From: Anaerolineales bacterium
GTDB lineage: Bacteria; Chloroflexota; Anaerolineae; Anaerolineales; UBA11579
DNA: 64,000 nt
Direction: 5' to 3'
Assembly (NCBI GenBank): GCA_963675375.2
Contig: OY776212.2
Coordinates: 1,651,404-1,715,403, forward strand
A program made the translations under genes and the position numbers. The notes under the pieces were generated by a model. That model searched no databases. It was not told the DNA's origin and saw only the letters and a program-made list of their open reading frames with translations. The first letter of the stretch is position 1, and each line of letters begins with the position of its first letter. Of the stretch, positions 36,362-46,349 are shown one piece after another.

Positions 36362-36387
36362 TGTTACCGATAACGTTAGCGATAACA
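36362..36387. promoter_or_regulatory. tandem LacI-family operator-like sites upstream of the ADH-araBDA operon
   Basis: tgttaccgataacg overlaps cgttagcgataaca. The second site contains GTTAGCGATAACA, the reverse complement of the site at 42619-42632. Confidence 0.55.
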
Positions 36388-36503
36388 TAACTATCTAATA
36401 CCATTAAATACCCATATTTCACCTTCGATAACCGGAGAGACCGTGCGGGTGGATGGGGTTTGCTGGATCAGCTTTGAGAGACCTAAAGGACAGTGACGGA
36501 TAG

Positions 36504-37511
36504 ATGAAGGCGCTTAAACTGCATGGCATTCAAGATTTAAAGTTAGAGGAAGCAGAGAAACCTACTCCTGCCCCTGGTGAGGCTTTGGTCCGGGTGACCG
36601 CGGTTGGAATTTGCGGCTCTGACCTGCATTGGTTTGCGGATGGCTCGACCGGGGATGGCGGAATCACCCAGCCTTTTGTATTGGGGCACGAGTTTGCCGG
36701 AGTGGTGGAACAGGGGGAAAAACGCGGGATGCGCGTGGCGGTTGACCCGCATATCCCTTGCGGCACATGTGAATTTTGTTTGGAAGGCAATCCCAACTTG
36801 TGTGTAGATCATACTTTTGCCGGGCAAGCCCCGCAGGACGGCGCTCTGCGCACTTACCTGACCTGGCCGGAAGAAAACCTGCACCCGCTGCCCGATTCAA
36901 TCTCGGATCAGGGGGGCGCGATGTTAGAGCCTTTGGGAGTAGCCATCCATACGGTCGATTTGGGAAAACTGCGCGTGGGGATGACGGTGGGCGTTTTTGG
37001 CTGTGGGCCGATTGGGCTGTTGGTGTTGCAGTTGGCGCGGCTGGCCGGGGCGGCGGCTGTGTTTGCCACCGATCGTCTGCCGCACCGCCTGGAAGCGGCG
37101 AAAGCGTATGGGGCAGAGGAGACCTTTTTAGTTGGGCACACAGAAGAAAGCCGGGAAATCCTGGCGCGCACGGGCGGCCGGGGATTGGATGTGTGCTTTG
37201 AGGTGGCGGGCGACAACCTCGCGGTAGAAGCTGCGGTGAAGGCCTGCAAGCCGGGGGGACGGGTTGTATTGTGCGGCATTCCGGCAGACAACCGCACCAG
37301 TTTCACGGCTTCGACTGCCCGGCGCAAGGGACTGACCATCAAAATGGTGCGGCGGATGAAACACACCTATCCTCGGGCGATTGCCCTGGTGGAAAGCGGG
37401 CAGATTGATGTGGATGGGTTGGTTTCTCATACCTTCGCCTTAGAGGAATTTGAGCAGGCGTTTGAGGTTGCTGAAAAGCGAGAAGGATTGAAAGTGGTTG
37501 TAAAACCTTAG
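36504..37511 (+). CDS. zinc-dependent medium-chain alcohol/polyol dehydrogenase (sorbitol/L-arabinitol dehydrogenase-like)
   Basis: [18 protein letters not shown] and CGTCEFC structural-zinc motifs, plus a GCGPIGL Rossmann motif. Confidence 0.8.
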   Translation: MKALKLHGIQDLKLEEAEKPTPAPGEALVRVTAVGICGSDLHWFADGSTGDGGITQPFVLGHEFAGVVEQGEKRGMRVAVDPHIPCGTCEFCLEGNPNLCVDHTFAGQAPQDGALRTYLTWPEENLHPLPDSISDQGGAMLEPLGVAIHTVDLGKLRVGMTVGVFGCGPIGLLVLQLARLAGAAAVFATDRLPHRLEAAKAYGAEETFLVGHTEESREILARTGGRGLDVCFEVAGDNLAVEAAVKACKPGGRVVLCGIPADNRTSFTASTARRKGLTIKMVRRMKHTYPRAIALVESGQIDVDGLVSHTFALEEFEQAFEVAEKREGLKVVVKP

Positions 37512-37530
37512 TTCTTGGTTGGAGGAAGAG

Positions 37531-39225
37531 ATGAGTAGTACAAAATATGCAATCGGTGTAGATTTTGGCACGTTGTCTGGGCGGGCAGTGATCGTGAATG
37601 TGTCGGACGGGAAAGAACTGGCCACCGCGGTGCATGAATATGCCAATGGGGTGATTGATGAGGTTTTGCCGGAAAGCGGGGTCACACTGGAGCCGGATTG
37701 GGCTTTACAAGACCCTAATGATTATCTGGAAGTTTTCAAGCACACCATCCCGGCGGTATTGGCACAAAGCGGGGTAGCCCCAGAAGATGTGATCGGGATT
37801 GGGATCGACTTTACCGCCTGCACCATGCTGCCGACCAAGGCGGATGGCACCCCGCTGTGTTTCTTGCCCGAATGGCGGGCGCGGCCGCATGCCTGGGTGA
37901 AGTTGTGGAAACACCATGCCGCCCAGCCGGAGGCCAATCAATTAAACGAAACTGCCTATGCCAGCGGGTTTGGCGATATTTTAGACCGCTATGGGGGCAA
38001 GATCAGCTCGGAGTGGTTTTTTCCCAAAGCCTGGCAGATACTCAATGAAGCCCCCGACGTATACCAGGCAGCCGACCGCTTGATCGAAGCAGCAGACTGG
38101 GTGGTGTGGCAGCTCACCGGGGTGGAAACGCGCAATTCCTGCACCGCAGGCTACAAAGCGATGTGGTCAAAAGAGCAAGGATTCCCGCCCAAGGCGTTCT
38201 TCAAAGCCTTAGACCCCGGCCTGGAAAATATTGTGGACGAAAAAATGATGCGGGAGATTTCTCCGCTGGGTGCAAAGGCGGGCGGGCTAACTGAAGAAGC
38301 GGCGGCATGGACGGGATTGAAAGCGGGCACGGCGGTGGCGGTGGCCAATGTGGATGCGCATGTAGCCGTTCCGGCCGCCACGGTTACCCAGACGGGGCGT
38401 ATGGTAATGATCATGGGTACCAGCATTTGCCACATGGTGGTGGGAGAACAGGAAGAAATTGTGCCCGGTATGTGCGGCGTGGTAGAGGATGGCATTCTCC
38501 CCGGTTTGCCGGGGTTCGAAGCCGGGCAGTCGTGCGTGGGTGATCACTTCCAATGGTTTGTGGAAAACGCGGTGCCGGCCGCGTATGAAAAGGAAGCCGC
38601 CGCGCAGGGCATCTCTGTGCATGAATTATTAGAAGCCAAGGCCGCGGCCCAACTGCCGGGCGAACATGGTTTGCTCGCCCTGGATTGGTGGAACGGCAAC
38701 CGCAGTGTGTTGGTGGATGTGGACTTGACCGGTTTGCTATTGGGGGCTACTTTGCTGACCAAGGCCGAGGATATTTACCGCGCTTTGATCGAAGCGACCG
38801 CTTACGGCACGCGCCTGATCGTGGAGACATTTGAGCAGAACGGCGTGCCGGTCAATGAATTGATTGCCACCGGCGGGCTGCCCGACCGCAACAAGCTGTT
38901 GATGCAAATTTATTCGGATGTCACCGGTTTGCCGATCTACATTCCAGAAGCGACCCAAATTGGCGCACTGGGTTCGGCCATGCACGGAGCTGTGGCTGCC
39001 GGGGAGGCAGCCGGCGGGTATGACGATATTGTGGATGCCAGCGTGCATATGGCCCGCCTGCGAGAAGAATATTACGAACCAAACTCGCACAATAAGGCGA
39101 TCTACGACCGTTTGTTTGAGGAGTATAAGCGTCTGCATGATTATTTTGGGCGGGGCGACAACGATGTGATGAAGCGCTTAAAAGCGCTTAGAGCAGAGGT
39201 ACTCGCTACCAAAAAGGAGCGGTAA
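37531..39225 (+). CDS. araB: ribulokinase
   Basis: About 565 aa, FGGY family, with the N-terminus [15 protein letters not shown]. It sits directly upstream of araD and araA. ATG 37531 follows a GGAGGAAGAG RBS; the track ORF starts at TTG 37519. Confidence 0.85.
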   Translation: MSSTKYAIGVDFGTLSGRAVIVNVSDGKELATAVHEYANGVIDEVLPESGVTLEPDWALQDPNDYLEVFKHTIPAVLAQSGVAPEDVIGIGIDFTACTMLPTKADGTPLCFLPEWRARPHAWVKLWKHHAAQPEANQLNETAYASGFGDILDRYGGKISSEWFFPKAWQILNEAPDVYQAADRLIEAADWVVWQLTGVETRNSCTAGYKAMWSKEQGFPPKAFFKALDPGLENIVDEKMMREISPLGAKAGGLTEEAAAWTGLKAGTAVAVANVDAHVAVPAATVTQTGRMVMIMGTSICHMVVGEQEEIVPGMCGVVEDGILPGLPGFEAGQSCVGDHFQWFVENAVPAAYEKEAAAQGISVHELLEAKAAAQLPGEHGLLALDWWNGNRSVLVDVDLTGLLLGATLLTKAEDIYRALIEATAYGTRLIVETFEQNGVPVNELIATGGLPDRNKLLMQIYSDVTGLPIYIPEATQIGALGSAMHGAVAAGEAAGGYDDIVDASVHMARLREEYYEPNSHNKAIYDRLFEEYKRLHDYFGRGDNDVMKRLKALRAEVLATKKER

Positions 39226-39226
39226 G

Positions 39227-39871
39227 ATGCTGGAAAAAATTCGTGAGGAACTTGTTGTTCTCAACCAGGCTTTAGAAACCTACGGGCTGGTGGTATGGAC
39301 CAGCGGGAATGTCAGCATGCGGGATGTGGAGAGCGGTTTGGTGGCGATCAAGCCTTCCGGGTTGATGTTCCCTGACCTGACCCCGGAAAGCATGGTGGTG
39401 GTGGATTTGGACGGGCATGTGGTGGAAGGTGAGTTGAAACCTTCTTCCGATACAGCCAGCCACCTGTATATCTACCGCCATATGGAAGAAGTTAACAGCG
39501 TGGTGCATACCCACTCGAACTACGCCAGCGCTTTTGCCGCCAACAATATGCCTATTCCGCCGATCCTGACGGCTATTGGGGATGAGTTTGGCGGGCCGGT
39601 GCCGTGCGGCGGGTTCGCCCTCATCGGGGGGGAGGAAATCGGCAAGGTAGTGGTGGAGGCGATTGGGCGCAGCCCGGCGGTACTGCTCAAGAATCACGGT
39701 GTGTTTACGGTGGGGAAAAGCGGCAAAGCAGCCCTCAAAGCGGCCGTGATGGTGGAAGATGTGGCAAAAACCGCCTGGTTGGCCCTGGGGCTGGGGCAGC
39801 CTGACCAAATTTCCCCTGAAGATATTGAGAAACTGAATGACCGCTACTTGAATGTATATGGTCAGCAGTAA
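39227..39871 (+). CDS. araD: L-ribulose-5-phosphate 4-epimerase
   Basis: Class II aldolase/adducin fold (GNVSMRD, PSSDTASHLYIY, HTHSNYA), located between araB and araA. Confidence 0.85.
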   Translation: MLEKIREELVVLNQALETYGLVVWTSGNVSMRDVESGLVAIKPSGLMFPDLTPESMVVVDLDGHVVEGELKPSSDTASHLYIYRHMEEVNSVVHTHSNYASAFAANNMPIPPILTAIGDEFGGPVPCGGFALIGGEEIGKVVVEAIGRSPAVLLKNHGVFTVGKSGKAALKAAVMVEDVAKTAWLALGLGQPDQISPEDIEKLNDRYLNVYGQQ

Positions 39872-39913
39872 GCAGGACACAGACGACAAAGACCGGTAAT
39901 AGAGGAGATGGAT

Positions 39914-41410
39914 ATGTTCGATTTTGATAAAAAAGAAATCTGGTTTGTGACGGGCAGCCAACATTTGTACGGCCCCGGGCCATTGAAGCAGGTCGCGGAA
40001 GATTCGGCAGTGATTGCCGCCGCGCTGTCGGACGCCGAGCAGCTGCCGGTGAAGGTGGTTTTCAAGCCGGTGGTCACCCGGCCGGATGAGGTGCGCCAGC
40101 TGTGCCTGGAAGCCAATAATGCGCCAGACTGCATCGGATTGATTACCTGGATGCACACCTTCTCCCCTGCCAAGATGTGGATCGCGGGGTTAAGCGTGCT
40201 GAACAAGCCTTTTGTGCATCTGCATACCCAATTCAACCGTGATATTCCCTGGGACAGCATTGACATGGATTACATGAACCTGAACCAGTCAGCGCACGGC
40301 GGGCGGGAGTTTGGTTTTATCGGCTCACGCATGCGCCTGAACCGCAAAGTGGTGGTGGGGTACTGGAAAGACCCGGCGGTGCTGGCGGAGTTGGGCGTGT
40401 GGGCGCGGGCCGCGCTGGCCTGGGCGGATGCCCAGCAGCTTAAAGTGGCTCGCATTGGGGACAATATGCGCGAGGTGGCCGTGACGGAAGGGGATAAGGT
40501 CTCGGCACAAATACAGCTTGGCTACAGCGTGAACGGCTATGGATTGGGGGATGTGGTTGCTTTTGTGGATCAGGTGAGTGACGCAGAAGCCGAGCGGCTG
40601 ATGCGGGAATACGACGAGAGTTATACCGTGCAGCCAGATTTACAGCCGGGCGGCGCCCGCCGGGGAGAATTGAAAGAGGCGGCCAAGATCGAGCTTGGTT
40701 TGCGTGCTTTCTTAGATCAGGGCGGCTTCAAAGCCTTCACCACTACCTTTGAAAACTTGCACGGCCTGGTGCAGCTGCCCGGCCTTTCGGTGCAGCGGCT
40801 GATGAACGATGGCTATGGATTTGGTGCCGAAGGCGATTGGAAAACAGCAGCTTTGCTGCGGGCAATGAAAGTGATGGCGGTAGGATTAAAGGGTGGTACC
40901 TCTTTCATGGAAGACTACACCTATCACATGGAGCCGGGGAATAACCTGGTGCTGGGGGCGCACATGCTGGAAATCTGCGAATCGATTGCGGCCGGTAAGC
41001 CCTCGTTAGAGATGCACCCGCTGGGAATTGGCGGGAAAGCCGACCCGGCCAGGCTGGTGTTCAATGTGTCCGCCGGCCCGGCGATCAATGCCTCGGTCAT
41101 TGACCTGGGCGACCGTTTCCGCATGCTGGTCAATGAAGTAGATGTGATCGACCCGCCGCAAGATTTGCCCAAACTCCCCGTGGCGCGGGCAGTGTGGAAG
41201 CCGCGGCCCGATTTGAAGGTGGGGGCAGGCGCGTGGATATTGGGCGGGGGAGCGCACCATACCGGGTTCAGCATGGCGCTGACCAGCGACTATATGCAGG
41301 ATTTTGCCGAAATGGCCGGGATTGAGCTGGTGATGATTGATGCCGATACGACCATTCGGGAATTCAAGCAGGAATTAAATTGGAATGAAGTCTTCTTTTC
41401 CCTCCATTAG
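39914..41410 (+). CDS. araA: L-arabinose isomerase
   Basis: About 498 aa with the N-terminus [13 protein letters not shown] typical of AraA. ATG 39914 is 6 nt after GGAG; ATG 39908 is an alternative. Confidence 0.9.
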   Translation: MFDFDKKEIWFVTGSQHLYGPGPLKQVAEDSAVIAAALSDAEQLPVKVVFKPVVTRPDEVRQLCLEANNAPDCIGLITWMHTFSPAKMWIAGLSVLNKPFVHLHTQFNRDIPWDSIDMDYMNLNQSAHGGREFGFIGSRMRLNRKVVVGYWKDPAVLAELGVWARAALAWADAQQLKVARIGDNMREVAVTEGDKVSAQIQLGYSVNGYGLGDVVAFVDQVSDAEAERLMREYDESYTVQPDLQPGGARRGELKEAAKIELGLRAFLDQGGFKAFTTTFENLHGLVQLPGLSVQRLMNDGYGFGAEGDWKTAALLRAMKVMAVGLKGGTSFMEDYTYHMEPGNNLVLGAHMLEICESIAAGKPSLEMHPLGIGGKADPARLVFNVSAGPAINASVIDLGDRFRMLVNEVDVIDPPQDLPKLPVARAVWKPRPDLKVGAGAWILGGGAHHTGFSMALTSDYMQDFAEMAGIELVMIDADTTIREFKQELNWNEVFFSLH

Positions 41411-41433
41411 TAAGTTGTAGTACCTGTATCAGC

Positions 41434-41465
41434 AAAAAGAGCCTTTTTATCAAGGCTCTTTTTGT
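41434..41465. terminator. bidirectional intrinsic terminator between the convergent araA and AKR genes
   Basis: aaaaagagcc - loop - ggctcttttt. Confidence 0.75.
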
Positions 41466-41491
41466 TTAATCGAAATGTGTATCTTTTTCTC

Positions 41492-42475
41492 TTACCAGTA
41501 GTGATGCACCAGCGGCTTGATCTTTTCGGTGTAAATCGCTTTGATCGCCTGCATGGTTTCAGGTGAAATTTCCGGCAGGTCGGCAGCGGCGGTATTGTCT
41601 TCCACCTGGCTGGGGCGTTTTGCGCCGGGGATCACGCAGCTGACTGCCGGGTGCATCAAAATCCAGCGCAGGGCGAATTGTGCCATTGTCCAGCCTGCGG
41701 GGAGCAGCTGCTTCAGTTCTTCCACCGCTTCCAGCCCGGTTTTGTAATCTACCCCGGAGAATGTCTCGCCGCGGTCAAATGCTTCGCCGTGGCGGTTGAA
41801 CTTGCGGTGGTCGTCCTGCTCAAATTCGGTGTCCAGGCTCATTTTGCCGGTCAGCATCCCGGAGGATAGGGGCACGCGTGCCAGGATGGCAATTTGCTTT
41901 TCTTGCGCCAGGGGGAAGAAAAGGTCTTCGGGGCGTTGGCGGAAGATGTTATAGATGATCTGGACGGACTGCACGTTGGGGAATTCAATCGCCTTGATCG
42001 CTTCTTCCACTTTTTCTACGCTGACCCCGTAATAACGGATTTTGCCCTGGGCAACGAGGTCATCCATCACGCCAAAGGTTTCCGGCATGTAATAGACCTC
42101 GGTCGGCGGGCAGTGCAGCTGCACCAGGTCGAGGGTCTCGGTTTGCAGATTTTTCAGGCTGCGTTCGATAAAGGCGGTCAGGTTCTTGCGGTTGTACCCT
42201 GCGGCGGTGTGCGGGTCCAGCCTGCGCCCGGCTTTGGTGATGATGTAGAAATCTTCTTTGCGTTCTTTCTTCAGCTTTGCCAGCAGTTGTTCGCTGCGCC
42301 CGTCGCCGTAGACATCGGCAGTATCGAACAGGTTGATGCCGTTATCCAGGGCGGTATGCAGGGCGCGGATCGAATCCTGGTCCTGCACTTCTCCCCACGA
42401 GCCGCCGATAGCCCAGGCGCCAAAACTGACGGCAGAAACTTCCCAACCAGTTTTACCAAATTGTCGGTATTTCAT
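41492..42475 (-). CDS. aldo/keto reductase
   Basis: 327 aa. The AKR pattern GAWAIGGSWG, DTADVYGDGRSE and LDLVQLH is present. Confidence 0.85.
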   Translation of the reverse strand: MKYRQFGKTGWEVSAVSFGAWAIGGSWGEVQDQDSIRALHTALDNGINLFDTADVYGDGRSEQLLAKLKKERKEDFYIITKAGRRLDPHTAAGYNRKNLTAFIERSLKNLQTETLDLVQLHCPPTEVYYMPETFGVMDDLVAQGKIRYYGVSVEKVEEAIKAIEFPNVQSVQIIYNIFRQRPEDLFFPLAQEKQIAILARVPLSSGMLTGKMSLDTEFEQDDHRKFNRHGEAFDRGETFSGVDYKTGLEAVEELKQLLPAGWTMAQFALRWILMHPAVSCVIPGAKRPSQVEDNTAAADLPEISPETMQAIKAIYTEKIKPLVHHYW

Positions 42476-42555
42476 GTGTTTTCCTTCCTTTTACTTATTT
42501 TAACCTCTCCATAATTGTCTTTCAGAGGTGTAGATTATTTCATTTAGAGTTGGTT

Positions 42556-42632
42556 GTGATTGCACAATCACATTGGCTTGACGGTGAATCTTGGATATGC
42601 TAAACTCATTTTTAATTTTGTTATCGCTAACA
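42556..42632 (+). promoter_or_regulatory. promoter/operator region of the LacI-family gene
   Basis: A palindrome gtgattg-ca-caatcac (42556-42571). A sigma70-like promoter TTGACG (42578-42583), 17 nt spacer, TAAACT (42601-42606). An operator-like TGTTATCGCTAACA (42619-42632). Confidence 0.5.
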
Positions 42633-42654
42633 TCGGTGTCTATAGGAGATTATA

Positions 42655-43719
42655 ATCGCTAAATCAAAAGTAACCATTAAAGACGTTGCGGATGCAGCGG
42701 GGGTATCCACGCAGACCGTCTCTCGGGTGATCAACAACCGGGTAGATGTTTCCTCTCAAACACGCGCACATGTGAAGAAGATCATCAAGCAGTTGGGGTA
42801 TGCACCCAATACGATTGCCCGCAGCCTGAGCCGGGGACATACCAATACGTTGGGAGTGGTCGGCTTTGGGCTGGAATATTTTGGGCCTTCCAGTGTGCTA
42901 ACCGGCATCGAGCAAAAAGCCAGTGAAATGGGATACTCCATCCTGCTGAGCCTGTTTGATCCTTTTGGCGGTGAATACGCCGAAAATATTCTTATGCAGC
43001 TCAGCGCCCAGCAGGTAGCCGGGATCATTTGGGCGGTACCCGCCTTTACCGATGCACCTGAATTGGATCAGAGTGTAAAAGAAGCGTTGGATGTCCCCAT
43101 TGTTTTCCTCAACCGCGACCGCTTACAAGGTTCGATTGTCGTCTCGATGAACAACTATGTTGGCGGGCAGTTAGCCACCCAGCATTTATACGACCAGGGG
43201 TACCAAAAAGTCGGTATCATCACCGGCCCGAAGTCGTGGTGGGAAGCCAATGAGCGCATGCTGGGGTGGCGGCAGGTATCGGAAGCGCAGGAGCAATCGA
43301 ATATTGAGTCGCTCATCTTTGAGGGCAATTGGGAAGCCGAGAGCGGCGTGCGCGGCTTTGAAATGTTGAAGGCCAAAAATCCCGATCTGGATGCGATCTT
43401 TGTTAGCAACGACCAGATGTCTTTGGGCGTCATCCAGGCGGCGCACCGCATGGGGATTCGAATCCCGGAAGAGTTGGGCATTGTGGGCTTTGACGGCATC
43501 CGCGAATCCGGTTATTTTATTCCGCCGTTAAGCACCGTGCGGCAGGACGCCAATCGATTGGGTGCGCTGGCGGTGACCCAACTGCTGCAGCGCGTAGATG
43601 CCTTGCACAAGCGGGATGCCGGAGAGGGTGGGGAAGAAAAAGAGCGCTCGGCGGTGAGTGAAACTTTGGTCATGCCAGAGTTGGTGGTGCGGAAAAGCAC
43701 ACTGCGCATAGATAAATAA
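42655..43719 (+). CDS. LacI family transcriptional regulator (start apparently non-canonical, ATC 42655)
   Basis: The HTH sequence KVTIKDVADAAGVSTQTVSRVINNR is encoded at 42667-42741, mostly upstream of the first canonical start (GTG 42727). An in-frame stop lies at 42643-42645. AGGAG (42644-42648) is 6 nt before ATC 42655. Confidence 0.7.
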   Translation: MAKSKVTIKDVADAAGVSTQTVSRVINNRVDVSSQTRAHVKKIIKQLGYAPNTIARSLSRGHTNTLGVVGFGLEYFGPSSVLTGIEQKASEMGYSILLSLFDPFGGEYAENILMQLSAQQVAGIIWAVPAFTDAPELDQSVKEALDVPIVFLNRDRLQGSIVVSMNNYVGGQLATQHLYDQGYQKVGIITGPKSWWEANERMLGWRQVSEAQEQSNIESLIFEGNWEAESGVRGFEMLKAKNPDLDAIFVSNDQMSLGVIQAAHRMGIRIPEELGIVGFDGIRESGYFIPPLSTVRQDANRLGALAVTQLLQRVDALHKRDAGEGGEEKERSAVSETLVMPELVVRKSTLRIDK

Positions 43720-43744
43720 TTTTTTAAAGATCCGAGATAACACG

Positions 43745-43779
43745 AAAGCACCAGGGAATAGACACTGGTGCTTTTTTTG
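43745..43779. terminator. bidirectional intrinsic terminator
   Basis: aaagcaccag - loop - ctggtgcttt followed by a T-run, between the convergent LacI and ABC ATPase genes. Confidence 0.75.
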
Positions 43780-43820
43780 ATTTTATTTCACCACATGAAG
43801 TTTATCTGCGGTTGGGCTGC

Positions 43821-45338
43821 TTACTCGGCGCCCGCAATGGACTGCATGATCTTGCGTTCGCCAACTTCGCCGGTAAATTCGATGATCTTTTGTTTGTCGC
43901 GCAGCACCACAATGCGGTGGCTGGTGCGCAGCACTTCTTCCAATTCCGATGAGATGAACAGACAGGATTTGCCTTCCTCTGCCAGCAGAAGTACCAACTT
44001 TTGAATCTCGGCTTTCGCGCCCACGTCCACGCCGCGGGTTGGCTCATCCAGGATGAGCAGCTTGGGGTTGGTTGCCAGCCAGCGGGCCAGGATCACTTTT
44101 TGCTGGTTGCCGCCGCTCAGGTTCTTTACCGGCTGATCGGGGGAGGGGGTGGAAATATTCAGCAGTTGGATGTATTTGTCGGCAATTTCGTACTGCTGCT
44201 GCAAGCTGATATATTTGAACCATCCCTGGCGAGCCTGGATGGCGAGGATGATGTTTTCCCGCACGGTCAGGTCGCCGGCAATTCCTTCGGCTTTGCGATC
44301 TTCGGGGCACAGCCCAACCCCACGTTCAATGGAGGAAAGCGGCGAGTAGTCGGTGATCTTTTTCCCGTCCATCAAGATGTCCCCATGGTCGGGGGCGTCG
44401 ATGCCAAACAATAATTTGGCAATCTCTGTGCGTCCCGAACCAAGCAGGCCGGCCAAACCAACCACTTCGCCTGCCCGCATTTCCAGGTCGAAGGGCTCTA
44501 TCGAGCCGGTGAGGCCGAGGCCATCGGCTACATAAAGCGGCTCTTCTTTGATGTTCTTGCTGGCTTCTAGCTTGGTGGCTTTCATATCATCGTAGTCGGA
44601 AAGGATGCGGCCAATCATCTTGGAGATCAACTCCAGGCGCGGCAGAGTGGCGGTTTCGAAAGTGCCGACCAGCTTACCGTTGCGCAGGATGGTGATGCGG
44701 TCGGAGGCTTCGTACACCTGGTCGATAAAGTGAGTGATGAAGATGATCCCCACGCCGTCATTTTTTAATTTCTCCATGACCCGGAAGATTTGCTCGGTTT
44801 CGTGGGCATCCAGGCTGGAGGTGGGTTCGTCCAGGATCAAGACGCGCGCCGAGGCGACCTCTAGCGCCCTGGCAATGGCGGTGATCTGCTGGATGGCAGT
44901 GGAATACGACCCCAAAGGCTGTGAGACATCGATAAAAACGTCTAAGCCTTCCATAATTTGCTGGGCACGTTGATTGGTTGCATTCCAATCGATCCCTATG
45001 AGCTTGTGGGGTTCACGGCCTAACAAAATATTCTCGGCAACCGTGAGGTAATCGCACAGGTTCACTTCCTGGTAAACTGTGCTGATCCCTGCCGTTTGCG
45101 CGTGTTGGGGGGACTTGATTGAGACTTCCTTGCCATCCAGCATCACAACCCCTTGGTCCTGCTCTTCTACGCCGGTCATTACTTTGATCAGTGTAGATTT
45201 TCCTGCACCGTTCTCCCCAACTAGTGCATGGATTTCTCCTTTACGGAGGCAAAAATCAACGTCTTCGAGGGCCTGCACACCGGGAAAGGACTTGTAGATA
45301 CCTTCCATTCGGATAATTTCTTGGTTAGATTCTGACAT
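43821..45338 (-). CDS. sugar ABC transporter ATP-binding protein (duplicated ABC domains; YtfR/RbsA/AraG-like)
   Basis: 505 aa. Walker A GENGAGKST, a signature LSGGNQQK, and a second ABC domain. Confidence 0.85.
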   Translation of the reverse strand: MSESNQEIIRMEGIYKSFPGVQALEDVDFCLRKGEIHALVGENGAGKSTLIKVMTGVEEQDQGVVMLDGKEVSIKSPQHAQTAGISTVYQEVNLCDYLTVAENILLGREPHKLIGIDWNATNQRAQQIMEGLDVFIDVSQPLGSYSTAIQQITAIARALEVASARVLILDEPTSSLDAHETEQIFRVMEKLKNDGVGIIFITHFIDQVYEASDRITILRNGKLVGTFETATLPRLELISKMIGRILSDYDDMKATKLEASKNIKEEPLYVADGLGLTGSIEPFDLEMRAGEVVGLAGLLGSGRTEIAKLLFGIDAPDHGDILMDGKKITDYSPLSSIERGVGLCPEDRKAEGIAGDLTVRENIILAIQARQGWFKYISLQQQYEIADKYIQLLNISTPSPDQPVKNLSGGNQQKVILARWLATNPKLLILDEPTRGVDVGAKAEIQKLVLLLAEEGKSCLFISSELEEVLRTSHRIVVLRDKQKIIEFTGEVGERKIMQSIAGAE

Positions 45339-45368
45339 GAATATTTACTCCATGAGTTGTGTAACAGA

Positions 45369-46349
45369 CTATGAGTGTTTCTTTCTCATATAGAACAGGC
45401 TTTGGATGCCGATAAAGATCAATGTGAGGGCACCCACCCCAATGCGGGTCCACCAAGAACTAAGTGTGCCGTTGAACTGTAAAATAGAAACAATTGTGCC
45501 GTTGATCAGCACGCCAAATAAAGTGCCGATCACATTGCCGACCCCGCCGGTCAGCAGGGTGCCGCCAATCACGACAGATGAAATTGCATCCAATTCCATG
45601 CCGGGGGCATACCCGCCGTACCCGGAGAGCAGCGAGATGCTGAACACTACCCCGCCGAGGGCTGAACAGAACCCGCCGATGGAATACACGGCAATCTTGG
45701 TGCGTTCCACAGGCAGCCCCATCAGACGGGCAGATTGCTCGTTATTGCCGATGGCGTAAATTGTGCGCCCAAAGCGGGTGTATTTCAGTATGTAGAATAC
45801 AACCACCAGCAGGATTGGCCCGATCAGCGAAGGGATATAGACATAGGCTTTTTGGAAGAATGGAATATTGATCTTGGTGAGCGCCAGATAGCGGTAGGTA
45901 TCGTCGCTGATCGTCAGGGAGGTGAGGGTGATAATGTATGCCATTCCCCTGGCAAACCATAATCCCATCAGGGTAACGATAAAGGGTTCCACTTTAAAAT
46001 TGTGGATGATCCACCCCATGATGAAACCCAGGGCGGTCCCCATCGCCAGCATCAAAGCCATCACCGCCCAGGCATTTCCGCCATCCTTCAGTAATGCTGC
46101 TGAGGCAGCCGAAGTAAGGGCGATGATTCCGGCAACGGAAAGGTCAATTCCCTTAGTGAGGATCACAAGGGTAGAGCCAATGGAGATAATCAGTAAACTG
46201 GCGTTGTTAATAAACAGGTTAAAGAAAACCTGTGGTTTTTGCATCGCCGGGTAGAGCTGCCCCCCGACAATATAAACAATCATAAAGATACCAATGGTTG
46301 TCAACAGCGGGGCATGATTTTTTATGAAGGTTTTAATTCGATGTGCCAC
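45369..46349 (-). CDS. sugar ABC transporter permease (YjfF/RbsC-like)
   Basis: 326 aa polytopic protein of the BPD_transp_2 type. Overlaps the upstream permease gene. Confidence 0.8.
   Translation of the reverse strand: MAHRIKTFIKNHAPLLTTIGIFMIVYIVGGQLYPAMQKPQVFFNLFINNASLLIISIGSTLVILTKGIDLSVAGIIALTSAASAALLKDGGNAWAVMALMLAMGTALGFIMGWIIHNFKVEPFIVTLMGLWFARGMAYIITLTSLTISDDTYRYLALTKINIPFFQKAYVYIPSLIGPILLVVVFYILKYTRFGRTIYAIGNNEQSARLMGLPVERTKIAVYSIGGFCSALGGVVFSISLLSGYGGYAPGMELDAISSVVIGGTLLTGGVGNVIGTLFGVLINGTIVSILQFNGTLSSWWTRIGVGALTLIFIGIQSLFYMRKKHS

Noticed and set aside
43768-44004. A 78-aa + strand ORF just after the LacI-gene terminator.
   Set aside because: It overlaps the 3' end of the well-supported ABC ATPase gene on the opposite strand, and it has no RBS or recognisable motif.
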